The notes under the pieces: generated by a model | Database searches by the model: none | What the model saw: the letters and a program-made list of their open reading frames with translations, nothing else | Told to the model about the DNA's origin: nothing | Source: Myxococcota bacterium | Lineage (GTDB): Bacteria > Myxococcota > XYA12-FULL-58-9 > JABJBS01 | Assembly: GCA_036339465.1 (NCBI GenBank) | Contig: JAYZAY010000028.1 | Span: 1-49,114, forward strand | Length of the DNA: 49,114 bases | Direction: 5' to 3' | Shown here: positions 28,638 to 37,300 of the stretch, piece by piece | Position numbering within the stretch: position 1 is the first letter of the stretch | Layout: each line of letters opens with the position of its first letter | Program-made: the position numbers and the translations under genes

Positions 28638-30556
28638 GCTTCGGCACCGCCGGCGAGGGGCCCTAGAATATCGGTGCTTTTGGAACGTTCTTCTTGTTGT
28701 CTTTGGCGCTCCTCGATTTCCTCCCGGGTTGTCATTTTAACCTTTGGGGGCTCCCTGGTGAGTTCTTCTCCACGGATAAGGCATTGGAGTTCGTCTGCAT
28801 CGATGGTTTCATAGACAATCAGCGCTTCAGCGATCCGTTCTAGGCATGCCCGATGTTCTAGAATAACTGCCGTTGCCCGCGCATATTGTTCGGTCAGGAT
28901 CTTTTTGACTTCCTGGTCAATGGTAATGGCGGTTTGTTCCGAGTATTCCTTGGGGCGGTTGAAGTCGCGTCCTAGAAATATATTTCCTTGGTTTTGACTG
29001 AATGTGACGGGGCCGAGAGACTCGCTCATTCCCCAATTGCAAATCATTTTTCGTGCCAACTCAGAGGCTTTATCAAAATCGTTGCCGGCGCCGGTGGTGA
29101 GTTCATCAAAAACGACTTCCTCAGCAATACGGCCTCCGAAGGCCACGGCAATATGGTCCAACGCCCATTTTTTAGAGTAACCATAACGGTCGTTTAGCGG
29201 TAGGAAATGCGTAACGCCCAGTGCCGGACCTCTAGGAATAATGGTGACTTTGTGAACGGGGTCAGCGTTGTTGAGTTTGGCTGCCACAAGAGCGTGTCCC
29301 GCTTCATGATAGGCCGTATTTCGCAGGTCGGCTTCGCTCATGACCATGCTCTTACGTTCTGCACCCATCATCACCTTGTCTTTCGCCAGCTCGAAGTCGG
29401 CCATCTCGACTTTCGTTTTATTGAGTTTCGCTGCTATTAAAGCGGCTTCGTTGACCATATTGGCGAGGTCTGCACCTGAGAATCCGGGGGTTCCACGGGC
29501 GAGAACATTGAGATCCACGCTTTGGTCCAAGGGTACTTTGCGGGTATGGACCTTCAAAATGAGGCCCCGTCCAATCATATCTGGGTTCGGGACGGTCACG
29601 CGTCGGTCAAAGCGCCCTGGTCGAAGTAAAGCAGGGTCTAATACGTCTACTCTGTTGGTGGCAGCAATCAGAATGACGCCCTCATTTGATTCGAAGCCGT
29701 CCATTTCAACGAGGAGTTGGTTGAGTGTCTGCTCTCGTTCGTCATGTCCGCCCCCGAGGCCAGCACCACGATGACGCCCGACGGCATCGATCTCATCGAT
29801 GAAAATAATACAGGGTGCTTTTTGTTTACTCTGTTCGAAAAGGTCGCGGACTCTCGAAGCACCGACTCCAACGAACATTTCCACAAAATCGGAGCCACTG
29901 ATGGAAAAGAAAGGCGCACCTGCCTCGCCTGCAACGCCCTTGGCGAGAAGCGTTTTACCGGTGCCCGGTGGCCCTACGAGGAGCACTCCTTTTGGGATTC
30001 GGCCGCCGAGCCGTGTGAACTTTTTTGGGTCCTTGAGGAATTCCACGATTTCCCGTAGCTCTTCTTTTGCTTCCTCGATTCCGGCGATGTCTTTGAATGT
30101 GATTTTTGGGGCACCCTCGGAAACGAGTCGTGCCTTTGATTTGCCGAAACTCATGGCTTTTCCGCCGCCAGCCTGGAGTTGGCGCATTAGAAAGAAAAGA
30201 AAGAGAAAGACGATGAGCATCGGCAGCCAAGAGAAGAGAAGTGATTGCCAGAGAAACCCTCCTTCATCTATGCTTAGCTTAAAGTTGACTTCCTTTTCAC
30301 GCATACGTTTGATCACGTCGTCGGTTAGTTTGCCAATGGCCCGATATTTGGCGCCAGTCTGTGTCCATAGAAACTCGGTTTCATTCTTGATATCGATTTC
30401 AATATTTTTGAGCTCACCTGTTTCGACTCGGTCCAGGAAACTAGAGAAACCGACGTCGGTTACCTTCACCTGAGTTGCGTTTAGGATACTGTAAATAAAA
30501 TAAGCGAGTAGGAGCACAACGGCCCACATTACAAAATTTCTAGGTGATTGGCGCAC
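28634..30556 (-). CDS. ftsH: ATP-dependent zinc metalloprotease FtsH
   Basis: Two TM helices, Walker A GPPGTGKT, Walker B IIFIDE, SRH RPGRFD, HEAGH. GGAGGT Shine-Dalgarno at 30565-30570. Confidence 0.97.
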   Translation of the reverse strand: MRQSPRNFVMWAVVLLLAYFIYSILNATQVKVTDVGFSSFLDRVETGELKNIEIDIKNETEFLWTQTGAKYRAIGKLTDDVIKRMREKEVNFKLSIDEGGFLWQSLLFSWLPMLIVFLFLFFLMRQLQAGGGKAMSFGKSKARLVSEGAPKITFKDIAGIEEAKEELREIVEFLKDPKKFTRLGGRIPKGVLLVGPPGTGKTLLAKGVAGEAGAPFFSISGSDFVEMFVGVGASRVRDLFEQSKQKAPCIIFIDEIDAVGRHRGAGLGGGHDEREQTLNQLLVEMDGFESNEGVILIAATNRVDVLDPALLRPGRFDRRVTVPNPDMIGRGLILKVHTRKVPLDQSVDLNVLARGTPGFSGADLANMVNEAALIAAKLNKTKVEMADFELAKDKVMMGAERKSMVMSEADLRNTAYHEAGHALVAAKLNNADPVHKVTIIPRGPALGVTHFLPLNDRYGYSKKWALDHIAVAFGGRIAEEVVFDELTTGAGNDFDKASELARKMICNWGMSESLGPVTFSQNQGNIFLGRDFNRPKEYSEQTAITIDQEVKKILTEQYARATAVILEHRACLERIAEALIVYETIDADELQCLIRGEELTREPPKVKMTTREEIEERQRQQEERSKSTDILGPLAGGAEA

Positions 30557-30592
30557 CGGTCATTACCTCCTGGAAGGGATCGTACTACTTCT

Positions 30593-30601
30593 ATTATACC
30601 A
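30593..30601 (-). promoter_or_regulatory. Extended -10 sigma70-type promoter for ftsH
   Basis: Minus strand reads TGGTATAAT (TGn + perfect TATAAT) about 23 nt upstream of the ftsH Shine-Dalgarno. Confidence 0.6.
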
Positions 30602-30636
30602 TTGGTTGGTGAATAACACGAGTTCCCACCTATTAC

Positions 30637-32061
30637 TTAAGCTACGGAGGTTGGAATGCAACCCGTTATTGTTACAATAAGAACCTTTTGCGTGTTTTGA
30701 GTGATGGGGGCTTCGCGTCCTCTGCGGAGGCCCAAGACCCAAAGGATTTCTCCGTTAGCGTCCGTAAGAATGGGCCAGTGATTTCGGATACTCTTAGGGA
30801 TCTTTGAATTAGTGAATAGATTTCCAATCGTTATAGAGCCGGCCCTTTCGTCGAAGCACTTGACTCGGTCTCCGTTTCTACGGGTGCGAAAGGTCAGAGG
30901 GCCTTTTAACGCATCGAGATCAAAGGCTTCTTGGTGGATGTCGTGGTTGGGGGTCTGGGCATTCAGTGGCCCGGATATTTGGTATTGGGCTGAAACTCCC
31001 AGCCATGGTAGGTCTTTTTGGCCTGCGACGCTTGGTTCATTTAAGAGGGGTACTTGTTGGAGGTCGATGGGGAGTTCAAGCCATAAACGGTTTTGGGCCA
31101 CTTCAAATCGTTTTCTTTGGAGATCAAACTGCCCTCGTGGCGATTTCGACAACCAGCCTTGCATTTGACAGAGGCTGTCTGATGTTAAGGCTGGCCGAGA
31201 TATGCCGCAGGCCTGGGTTAACCAACAAACTAAAATGCGGTGCTTTAAGCTTGGATGTTCTCGCAGAAATTTGTCCATTGCAAGTGACGGCCCCTTTAGG
31301 GAACACCGCGCGTAAGCGGTGGCAGCCATATCGTCAATAAAATCGCGGTCTGTTTGGAGTAGCTGAGCAGAGCGGTTTGCGTTGATGGCAGCAGCTGCAC
31401 GGATCTCTCGTAAAACAGGAACGACTTGATGTCTAATCTTGGTTCGGTGTTGCTCCAATGAGCGGTTTGTGGGGTCTTGGGCGTAGGGAATTTCGTGGTT
31501 TGATAGGTAAGTGTGGATTTCCTCGGACGTGGTGGAAAGTAGGGGACGCAACACATTCACCTCGTTCACCATCTCCATGCCTGAGATTCCGTCAAGTCCG
31601 GCGCCTCGGATGAGCTTCATGAGCATGGTTTCTAGTTGATCATCAGCGTGGTGTCCCGTGATGACGTGTGACGCGGTTTGCTGCTCTGCGGCTCGAAAAA
31701 GACCGAGGTACCGTAGGCGGCGGGCCTCGGCAGAGAGATTTCCTTTCTGACCAATATCAACGGTGATAGTTTCAAAGGGTAGGTTGAAGTAACTGGCCAG
31801 TTGGGTGGCCAGCTGAAGTTCCTTTTCCGCTTCAGGGCGCAGCTGATGATTCACGCCCACGGGGTAAAGCCTGGGAATGTCGTTGCCTTGTTTTTTGAGC
31901 GTGGCGAGTATGTGAAGGAGTGCTTGGGAGTCTGGTCCTCCGCTACAAGCGATGATGCATGTTTTTGACGAGGTCATGCGGAAGCGTTTAAGCTTCTCGT
32001 GGACCCGAGTTATAAGGCATAAGTTCTTCACTATTTTGGTCTTTTCAGGTTTTGGGCTCAC
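30637..32061 (-). CDS. tilS: tRNA(Ile)-lysidine synthetase
   Basis: PP-loop SGGPDS, ARRLRY, GHHADDQLET, DPTN. Conserved tilS-ftsH-folP order. Confidence 0.93.
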   Translation of the reverse strand: MSPKPEKTKIVKNLCLITRVHEKLKRFRMTSSKTCIIACSGGPDSQALLHILATLKKQGNDIPRLYPVGVNHQLRPEAEKELQLATQLASYFNLPFETITVDIGQKGNLSAEARRLRYLGLFRAAEQQTASHVITGHHADDQLETMLMKLIRGAGLDGISGMEMVNEVNVLRPLLSTTSEEIHTYLSNHEIPYAQDPTNRSLEQHRTKIRHQVVPVLREIRAAAAINANRSAQLLQTDRDFIDDMAATAYARCSLKGPSLAMDKFLREHPSLKHRILVCWLTQACGISRPALTSDSLCQMQGWLSKSPRGQFDLQRKRFEVAQNRLWLELPIDLQQVPLLNEPSVAGQKDLPWLGVSAQYQISGPLNAQTPNHDIHQEAFDLDALKGPLTFRTRRNGDRVKCFDERAGSITIGNLFTNSKIPKSIRNHWPILTDANGEILWVLGLRRGREAPITQNTQKVLIVTITGCIPTSVA

Positions 32062-32106
32062 TTGGCAAGAGCAGATTGGTTTTCTTGTAATATTGAATCA
32101 TTAGGG

Positions 32107-32135
32107 TTGACAGGTAGGGGGGTTAAGACTAAATC
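32107..32135 (+). promoter_or_regulatory. Putative sigma70 promoter for rpmF
   Basis: Perfect TTGACA at 32107-32112, 17-nt spacer, weak -10 TAAATC. Confidence 0.4.
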
Positions 32136-32188
32136 AGCCCCCCTCCCGATAGGAAATCTGTTTTCGTGGGAAGATTAGGAGATTTACC

Positions 32189-32368
32189 ATGGCGGTACCA
32201 AAGAAGCGCAAGTCACACTCTCGAACTCGTATGCACCGAAACCACCTGGCCTTAAAGACTCCGGGTTGGGTGAGTTGTGCCCAATGTGGCGAGCTTAAGC
32301 GACTTCATCACCTTTGTGAGGGTTGCGGTTACTACAGAGGAACAAAGTTTGAAAGTGTAGAGGAATAG
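32189..32368 (+). CDS. rpmF: 50S ribosomal protein L32 (zinc-binding form); absent from the ORF track
   Basis: Translates MAVPKKRKSHSRTRMHRNHLALKTPGWVSCAQCGELKRLHHLCEGCGYYRGTKFESVEE. AGGAG Shine-Dalgarno upstream. Confidence 0.96.
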   Translation: MAVPKKRKSHSRTRMHRNHLALKTPGWVSCAQCGELKRLHHLCEGCGYYRGTKFESVEE

Positions 32369-32374
32369 CGTATC

Positions 32375-32428
32375 CCCTCAGCCCACTCTTCTCGTCTCGG
32401 TTAATTGAGGTTCCCTCAGCCCACTCTT
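32375..32428. repeat. 16-bp direct repeat CCCTCAGCCCACTCTT x2
   Basis: Copies at 32375-32390 and 32413-32428, between rpmF and dprA. Confidence 0.85.
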
Positions 32429-32482
32429 GGGTTTCGATTCAATCATGAACATTCTGGTACTCATCTTGCTTAAGAAAAGGGT

Positions 32483-33325
32483 ATGTCGGACGATATCCTC
32501 TTTGGTTTAGAAAGACTGCGAGAGCTGCCCCTGGCGACGAGGCGGCAAATTTTTGCGGCATGGTGTGAAGATCCTGCATGTTTTCGGGATTCTCTCCAAG
32601 CTGAGCCATGGACTTCTTGTCGCGGTGCAGGTTGGCAAAAGGCGCACACAATGGCTCGCAGGCTCAGGCTCTTGGGAATTCAGTGGACACCGGGATGGGC
32701 GTTGCCTATTGCGATGAGGAGGCTGGCACAGCCAGTGACGATTCTCTACCACCGAGGCGATCTGACCGTTGGGGCTACGAATATCGGTGTGGTCGGCTCT
32801 AGAGAGGCGACGCGGCTTGGTCTTCAGTGGGCCAGTGACATTGCTTCCGAGGCGGCCAAAAGCGGGGTCCACGTAGTCTCTGGTGGCGCTAGGGGCATCG
32901 ATGCAGCTGCGCACCGGGGGGCCCTAGACGGTGGAGGCGTTACCACCGCTATTTTGGGGGTCGCGGTTGATAGGACCTATCCCCATGAAAATAGAGAATT
33001 ATTTAAGAATATTTTAAGATCCGGAGGTGCCATTGTGAGCGAGCATGGTCCAGGAACGAAGACTGCCCGGTGGGAGCACGCACTTAGGAATCGAATCGTG
33101 GTTGGCCTTAGCAATGCTTTGATTGTGGTTGAGGCCAATGGCAAATCGGGAACCCTAGGCACGGTCAAGTATGCGCGTAGACTTGGGGTCCCGGTGTTTG
33201 TGCCGTCGGAAGGTACCAAGATCGGGGGTGAGGGTGTGCGACAACTGATAAAATCCGGTTTGGCCAGTCCAATTGATCGAATTGGGCAGGTTTTTCGGAT
33301 TGTAAAAAGTATGAACCAGGGGTAA
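32483..33325 (+). CDS. dprA: DNA-processing protein DprA (short form)
   Basis: VVGSRE, VSGGARGIDAAAH, RNRIVVGLS, VEANGKSGTLGT. Confidence 0.92.
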   Translation: MSDDILFGLERLRELPLATRRQIFAAWCEDPACFRDSLQAEPWTSCRGAGWQKAHTMARRLRLLGIQWTPGWALPIAMRRLAQPVTILYHRGDLTVGATNIGVVGSREATRLGLQWASDIASEAAKSGVHVVSGGARGIDAAAHRGALDGGGVTTAILGVAVDRTYPHENRELFKNILRSGGAIVSEHGPGTKTARWEHALRNRIVVGLSNALIVVEANGKSGTLGTVKYARRLGVPVFVPSEGTKIGGEGVRQLIKSGLASPIDRIGQVFRIVKSMNQG

Positions 33326-33410
33326 AGCCGTCGTGGCGGGGTAATGAGCACTCAAGGCTGAAGAACCCATCCACATTGTGTTGAACATATCTGGTTTTAA
33401 CCAGGGGGAA

Positions 33411-34484
33411 ATGATGAGTCCAAAACGCGTTCACGTTGTAGGTACAGGGACAATTGGTGAGCCTCTTATCGGGTTACTTGCTCTACATCGGGAAGAGTTT
33501 GGTATCGATGAGGTTACGTTTCATAAGAATACACCTCGTCCTGCGGATCGAGTTAAATTGAAACACCTGTTGGGTAAGGGCGCGCTTCTGTCGGCAGACC
33601 ATGGTGGCCACAAAGACTTTGCCGAGCTAGGGCTCGAAGTGAGTTATGAGTCCGAGGAAGCACTTAGAAACGCTGATGTTGTGATCGATTGTACGCCTAG
33701 TGGTGTTGGTAATGAGAATAAGCGGAGTCTTTACAACAAGTATTCGGATAGGATTCGTGGGTTTGTCGCCCAGGGCTCAGAGTTCGGATTTGGAAAGATG
33801 TATGCTCGTGGTATCAATGACCACGTATTGGACCCCGAACAGGACCAGTTTTTACAGGTTGTGAGTTGCAATACTCATAATATCGCGGCGCTTCTACGAA
33901 CCCTGGGGGAAGACGAGTCAGGCAAGATAGACATTAAAGACGGTCGCTTCCTCTGTTTGAGACGGGCCAATGATATTTCGCAAGATGGCTCCTTTGTACC
34001 GGCTCCTCAGCTGGGAAAGCATAGTGATTCGCGGTTCGGTACGCACCATGCTCGGGACGCCTATCACCTTTTTACCACGCTCGGATACGATATGAATCTC
34101 TTCTCGAGCGCGGTCAAGTTAAATACGCAGTACATGCACTCCCTCCATTTCGGAATCGATGTGGGTCGAAAAATTACATTGGAGGAAGTCGCGGAAAGAC
34201 TTTCCAAGAACAAGCGCGTCGCGGTGACCGATAAGCAGAGTGCCAACACCGTGTTTTCCTTTGGTCGTGAGCATGGGCACTATGGAAGGATCTTGAATCA
34301 GACGGTCGTAAGTCTTCCTAGCCTAACTATTCGAGGAGAAAGTGAGGTGGTAGGCTTTTGTTTCACACCGCAAGATGGTAACTCCCTACTATCGTCGGTG
34401 GCTGCTGCGCTTTGGTTTCTCGACAAAGAGACCTTGGATAGCCGAATCGACTGTTTAAGACCCTATCTCTTCCAAGAGGTGTGA
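33411..34484 (+). CDS. Archaeal-type (class II) glyceraldehyde-3-phosphate dehydrogenase-like oxidoreductase
   Basis: GTGTIG Rossmann motif, DVVIDCTPSGVGNENK, AQGSE, VVSCNT, RRAND, THHARD and KLNTQYMH parallel class II GAPDH motifs. Confidence 0.7.
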   Translation: MMSPKRVHVVGTGTIGEPLIGLLALHREEFGIDEVTFHKNTPRPADRVKLKHLLGKGALLSADHGGHKDFAELGLEVSYESEEALRNADVVIDCTPSGVGNENKRSLYNKYSDRIRGFVAQGSEFGFGKMYARGINDHVLDPEQDQFLQVVSCNTHNIAALLRTLGEDESGKIDIKDGRFLCLRRANDISQDGSFVPAPQLGKHSDSRFGTHHARDAYHLFTTLGYDMNLFSSAVKLNTQYMHSLHFGIDVGRKITLEEVAERLSKNKRVAVTDKQSANTVFSFGREHGHYGRILNQTVVSLPSLTIRGESEVVGFCFTPQDGNSLLSSVAAALWFLDKETLDSRIDCLRPYLFQEV

Positions 34485-34495
34485 CTAGGGGCCTG

Positions 34496-34570
<75 letters not shown>

Positions 34571-34721
34571 GTCCTCATTTCTCTTGTCAATGCCAAGGTC
34601 CTTGCTTCTTTTATTACTCCAGAAATAGTAGCGCGCTTGTTTTAGAGCCTATTGCAGTTACCCAATATTGCGGGTTAGGCTTTTAGCCGGGGACTCTTTG
34701 ACGATCCGGGGGGGGGGAAGT

Positions 34722-35099
34722 GTGAGTACAAAGAAGGTTTTAATCGTTGATGATAGTGTTATTTCTCGCATGTTTATGCGTAGGGCGGTGCAGGGGTCCT
34801 ATGCCGATTGGGAAGTTATAGAAGCCAGCAACGGGCAGGAAGCTCTTGTGAAGCTTGCGCAGGTGGAGGTGGATGTTGCCTTTTTAGACCTCAATATGCC
34901 CGGCGGCATCAATGGCTTATCACTGGCAAAGACGCTTAAGGCGAAGTCTTCTTCAGTTAGGATCGCGTTGGTGACAGCCAATATTCAATCTGCGGTCCGT
35001 GAAAAAGCGGAAGAACTTGGTATTGAATTTATTCCAAAACCGATCACAGATGAAAAAATTATCAACTTCTTGCGAGAGGCGGATCGAGATGGTCATTGA
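34722..35099 (+). CDS. Single-domain response regulator (CheY-like)
   Basis: VLIVDDS, FLDLNMPG, VTAN, FIPKP. GTG start at 34722. Confidence 0.9.
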   Translation: MSTKKVLIVDDSVISRMFMRRAVQGSYADWEVIEASNGQEALVKLAQVEVDVAFLDLNMPGGINGLSLAKTLKAKSSSVRIALVTANIQSAVREKAEELGIEFIPKPITDEKIINFLREADRDGH

Positions 35100-35384
35100 C
35101 TCGTTGATAGTTGACCAGAGAGGTGGGTCACCGAAATGCTTAACATTAAGGTGAAGGTACAGTGCTGTTGGCAGGGTGCCGTCGAAAGAGAGGTACGTGG
35201 ATTTTTTGCCGGACTGGTGGAGAACACGGAGTCGTCGGTCATGGGGTTACGAATGGTTTCTGCTATCGAGGGCCGAGAGATTCAAGGTTATTTGGATCTC
35301 GTCCTGGGCACCAGTGGCGTGGGCTGTCTTCGCTATTTCGTTGGTGAGTTTGTCTGTATCGAAGCGGCAAAGGGGCGAATATGA
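35089..35384 (+). pseudogene. Internally deleted, frameshifted CheC-like phosphatase remnant
   Basis: TEMLNI (ExxN) near the 5' end and a CheC-like C-terminus (IEGREIQGYLDLVL...VGEFV), in only ~95 codons. Overlaps both neighbouring genes. Confidence 0.5.
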
Positions 35385-36760
35385 GCGATACCGGCGATGC
35401 GAAGATGAAAACTCAGTTTCTGCTCGCAGAACTGGCCCGGAGGTTTTTTGAGGTGATCGAGTTGGGGTTAATGGTCGTCGACCCCTCCGGCAAAATCATT
35501 ATGTGGAATCTTTGGATGTCGAAGGCTTCTCGAATTGCATCGTTCGAGGTGTTGGGCAAGTCTGTGGTTGAGGTGTTTCCTGAAATTGAAGGTACTCGGC
35601 TTAAGAAAGGGATAGACCAGGCTTTGAAGCATGGTATGCCTTCCCTGCCTTCGCTCGCCCGTAACAATGCTCAGTTTCCTCTCTTTCGACCCTTTCAAAA
35701 TAGTGACGAGATGATGCGCCAGCTCATCGTTATCAAACCGACTCGATTACTCGGCAGCGACTGGTATTGCGTGGTGCAAATTTCTGATGTGACCTCGGCG
35801 GCGCTGCGTGAGGAAATGCTGTTAAAGCAAGCGCACGAGCTGGAGCTTGCTCAAGCTATGGTTTTGAACACTGCGGCGGAGCGAAAGCGGCAAGCTGTCA
35901 TGCGTGAGCGGGAGAAGGTTGAGGCTCAGATGGCGGGGGGGTTTGCCCATGAAATGAGGAATGCTCTTTCGGGAGGAAATCTCCTTTTAATGCGTGCGTT
36001 GGGATTGGTTGGAGATGACGAAGGCGGCGGTAGTCTTTGCACTGAAACACGAACGAATCTTGCCAAGATTCACCAGATCATGGTGGAGGCTGGTGTGGAA
36101 GATTCTGTCCGGGAATCGATTGATTCTAAGTTGCGTTGTATTAATCAGAGCGAAAAAGAGTTGGATTATGTTCTGAATATTGTCCACGGCGCAACGGAAA
36201 GAGCGTTGATGATTACGAAGCAAATTATGCAGTATTCTCGCTCGGGGTTTTCTTCTAGAGGAACTGACGAGATTGACATCGGCGAATTAGTGGCTTCCAT
36301 CGTGGAAGAGTCAAGAGAAGAATATGAACTTCAAGGCGTTTCAGTAGCGCAAACTCTTCCTGCGGGTTTGGTGATTGAAGGCGAAAGTCTTCACTTTTAT
36401 TCCATCGTTAAGAATTTGGTCCAGAATTCGAGAGACTCAATCTTGGAGAAGTTTAAGGGTGATGAAGGTGGTCTGATTGAGATTGAGGTGCAGAAGAGAG
36501 AGGATGGTTGGTCTGTGGTCGTCGCGGACAACGGGGTTGGTATTGCCGAGGAAGCAAGGTCGAAGGTTTTCGGAGCTTTCTTTTCTACCAAGCCGGAGAC
36601 GGGTACCGGCTTGGGTTTGGGGATGGTCGAAAAATTGGTGACACTTTACGACGGGACAATTGAGCTTGAAAGTACTGTGGGTGAAGGGGCGTGTTTTTCA
36701 CTCGTCTTTAAGAATTATGCGAATGCTGTTGGTGGCATCACCACCTCGACAGGTGATTGA
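35381..36760 (+). CDS. PAS-domain sensor histidine kinase (cytoplasmic)
   Basis: PAS (GLMVVDPSGKIIMWNLWM), H box FAHEMRN, N box NLVQNS, DNGVGI, FFSTK, GTGLGL. No TM segment. Confidence 0.9.
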   Translation: MSDTGDAKMKTQFLLAELARRFFEVIELGLMVVDPSGKIIMWNLWMSKASRIASFEVLGKSVVEVFPEIEGTRLKKGIDQALKHGMPSLPSLARNNAQFPLFRPFQNSDEMMRQLIVIKPTRLLGSDWYCVVQISDVTSAALREEMLLKQAHELELAQAMVLNTAAERKRQAVMREREKVEAQMAGGFAHEMRNALSGGNLLLMRALGLVGDDEGGGSLCTETRTNLAKIHQIMVEAGVEDSVRESIDSKLRCINQSEKELDYVLNIVHGATERALMITKQIMQYSRSGFSSRGTDEIDIGELVASIVEESREEYELQGVSVAQTLPAGLVIEGESLHFYSIVKNLVQNSRDSILEKFKGDEGGLIEIEVQKREDGWSVVVADNGVGIAEEARSKVFGAFFSTKPETGTGLGLGMVEKLVTLYDGTIELESTVGEGACFSLVFKNYANAVGGITTSTGD

Positions 36761-37290
36761 GTGTAGGGAAGGAAATAACGATGGATGATATAGACAAGCT
36801 TCTTGGGGAAAGCGCTGAGTCATTAATTACGACGGGTGAGCATATGCCCCTAGTTATTGTTATTGATGACGACGCGACCCAGAGGACATCGATTCAGTTT
36901 GCCTTGAGTAAGAAATACAGTGTGGATGTTTATTCGAGCGGGGCAGAAGGCGTAGCGGCGCTGAAGCCCACTTGGGCCTGTGTTATCCTGGATATTAAGA
37001 TGCCGGACCGTGACGGTTTTTGGACGTATAGAGCCATTCGAAGGGAGGATGCCGATATTCCGATTGTCTTTAACTCTGCGTACCAAGATTTGGAGGACCC
37101 ATTTGTTATTATGAACGAGTATCGTCCGTTTGGCTATTTGACCAAGAGTGGAGACATTACGGAGTTGTTGAGAATGGTTGATAAAGCCGTTGAGTTTAGA
37201 GAAGGCAGCCATTCTAAAAAAGATTTAATGCAGCAATTGCGGAAATTGAGAGGTGAAATGGCGACGCTTCGCAAAGAAAAGGGGTGGTAG
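36757..37290 (+). CDS. Response regulator, receiver domain with short helical tail
   Basis: VIDDD, ILDIKMPD, FNSAY, YLTK. Start could be ATG 36781. Confidence 0.88.
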   Translation: MSVGKEITMDDIDKLLGESAESLITTGEHMPLVIVIDDDATQRTSIQFALSKKYSVDVYSSGAEGVAALKPTWACVILDIKMPDRDGFWTYRAIRREDADIPIVFNSAYQDLEDPFVIMNEYRPFGYLTKSGDITELLRMVDKAVEFREGSHSKKDLMQQLRKLRGEMATLRKEKGW

Positions 37291-37300
37291 ATGATAGGCT

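Noticed and set aside
29340..30473. Long antisense ORFs opposite ftsH (similar ones lie opposite the M17 peptidase, the FAD oxidoreductase, the HAD gene and at 89..895)
   Set aside because: They are shadow frames of well-conserved genes and have no recognisable motifs.
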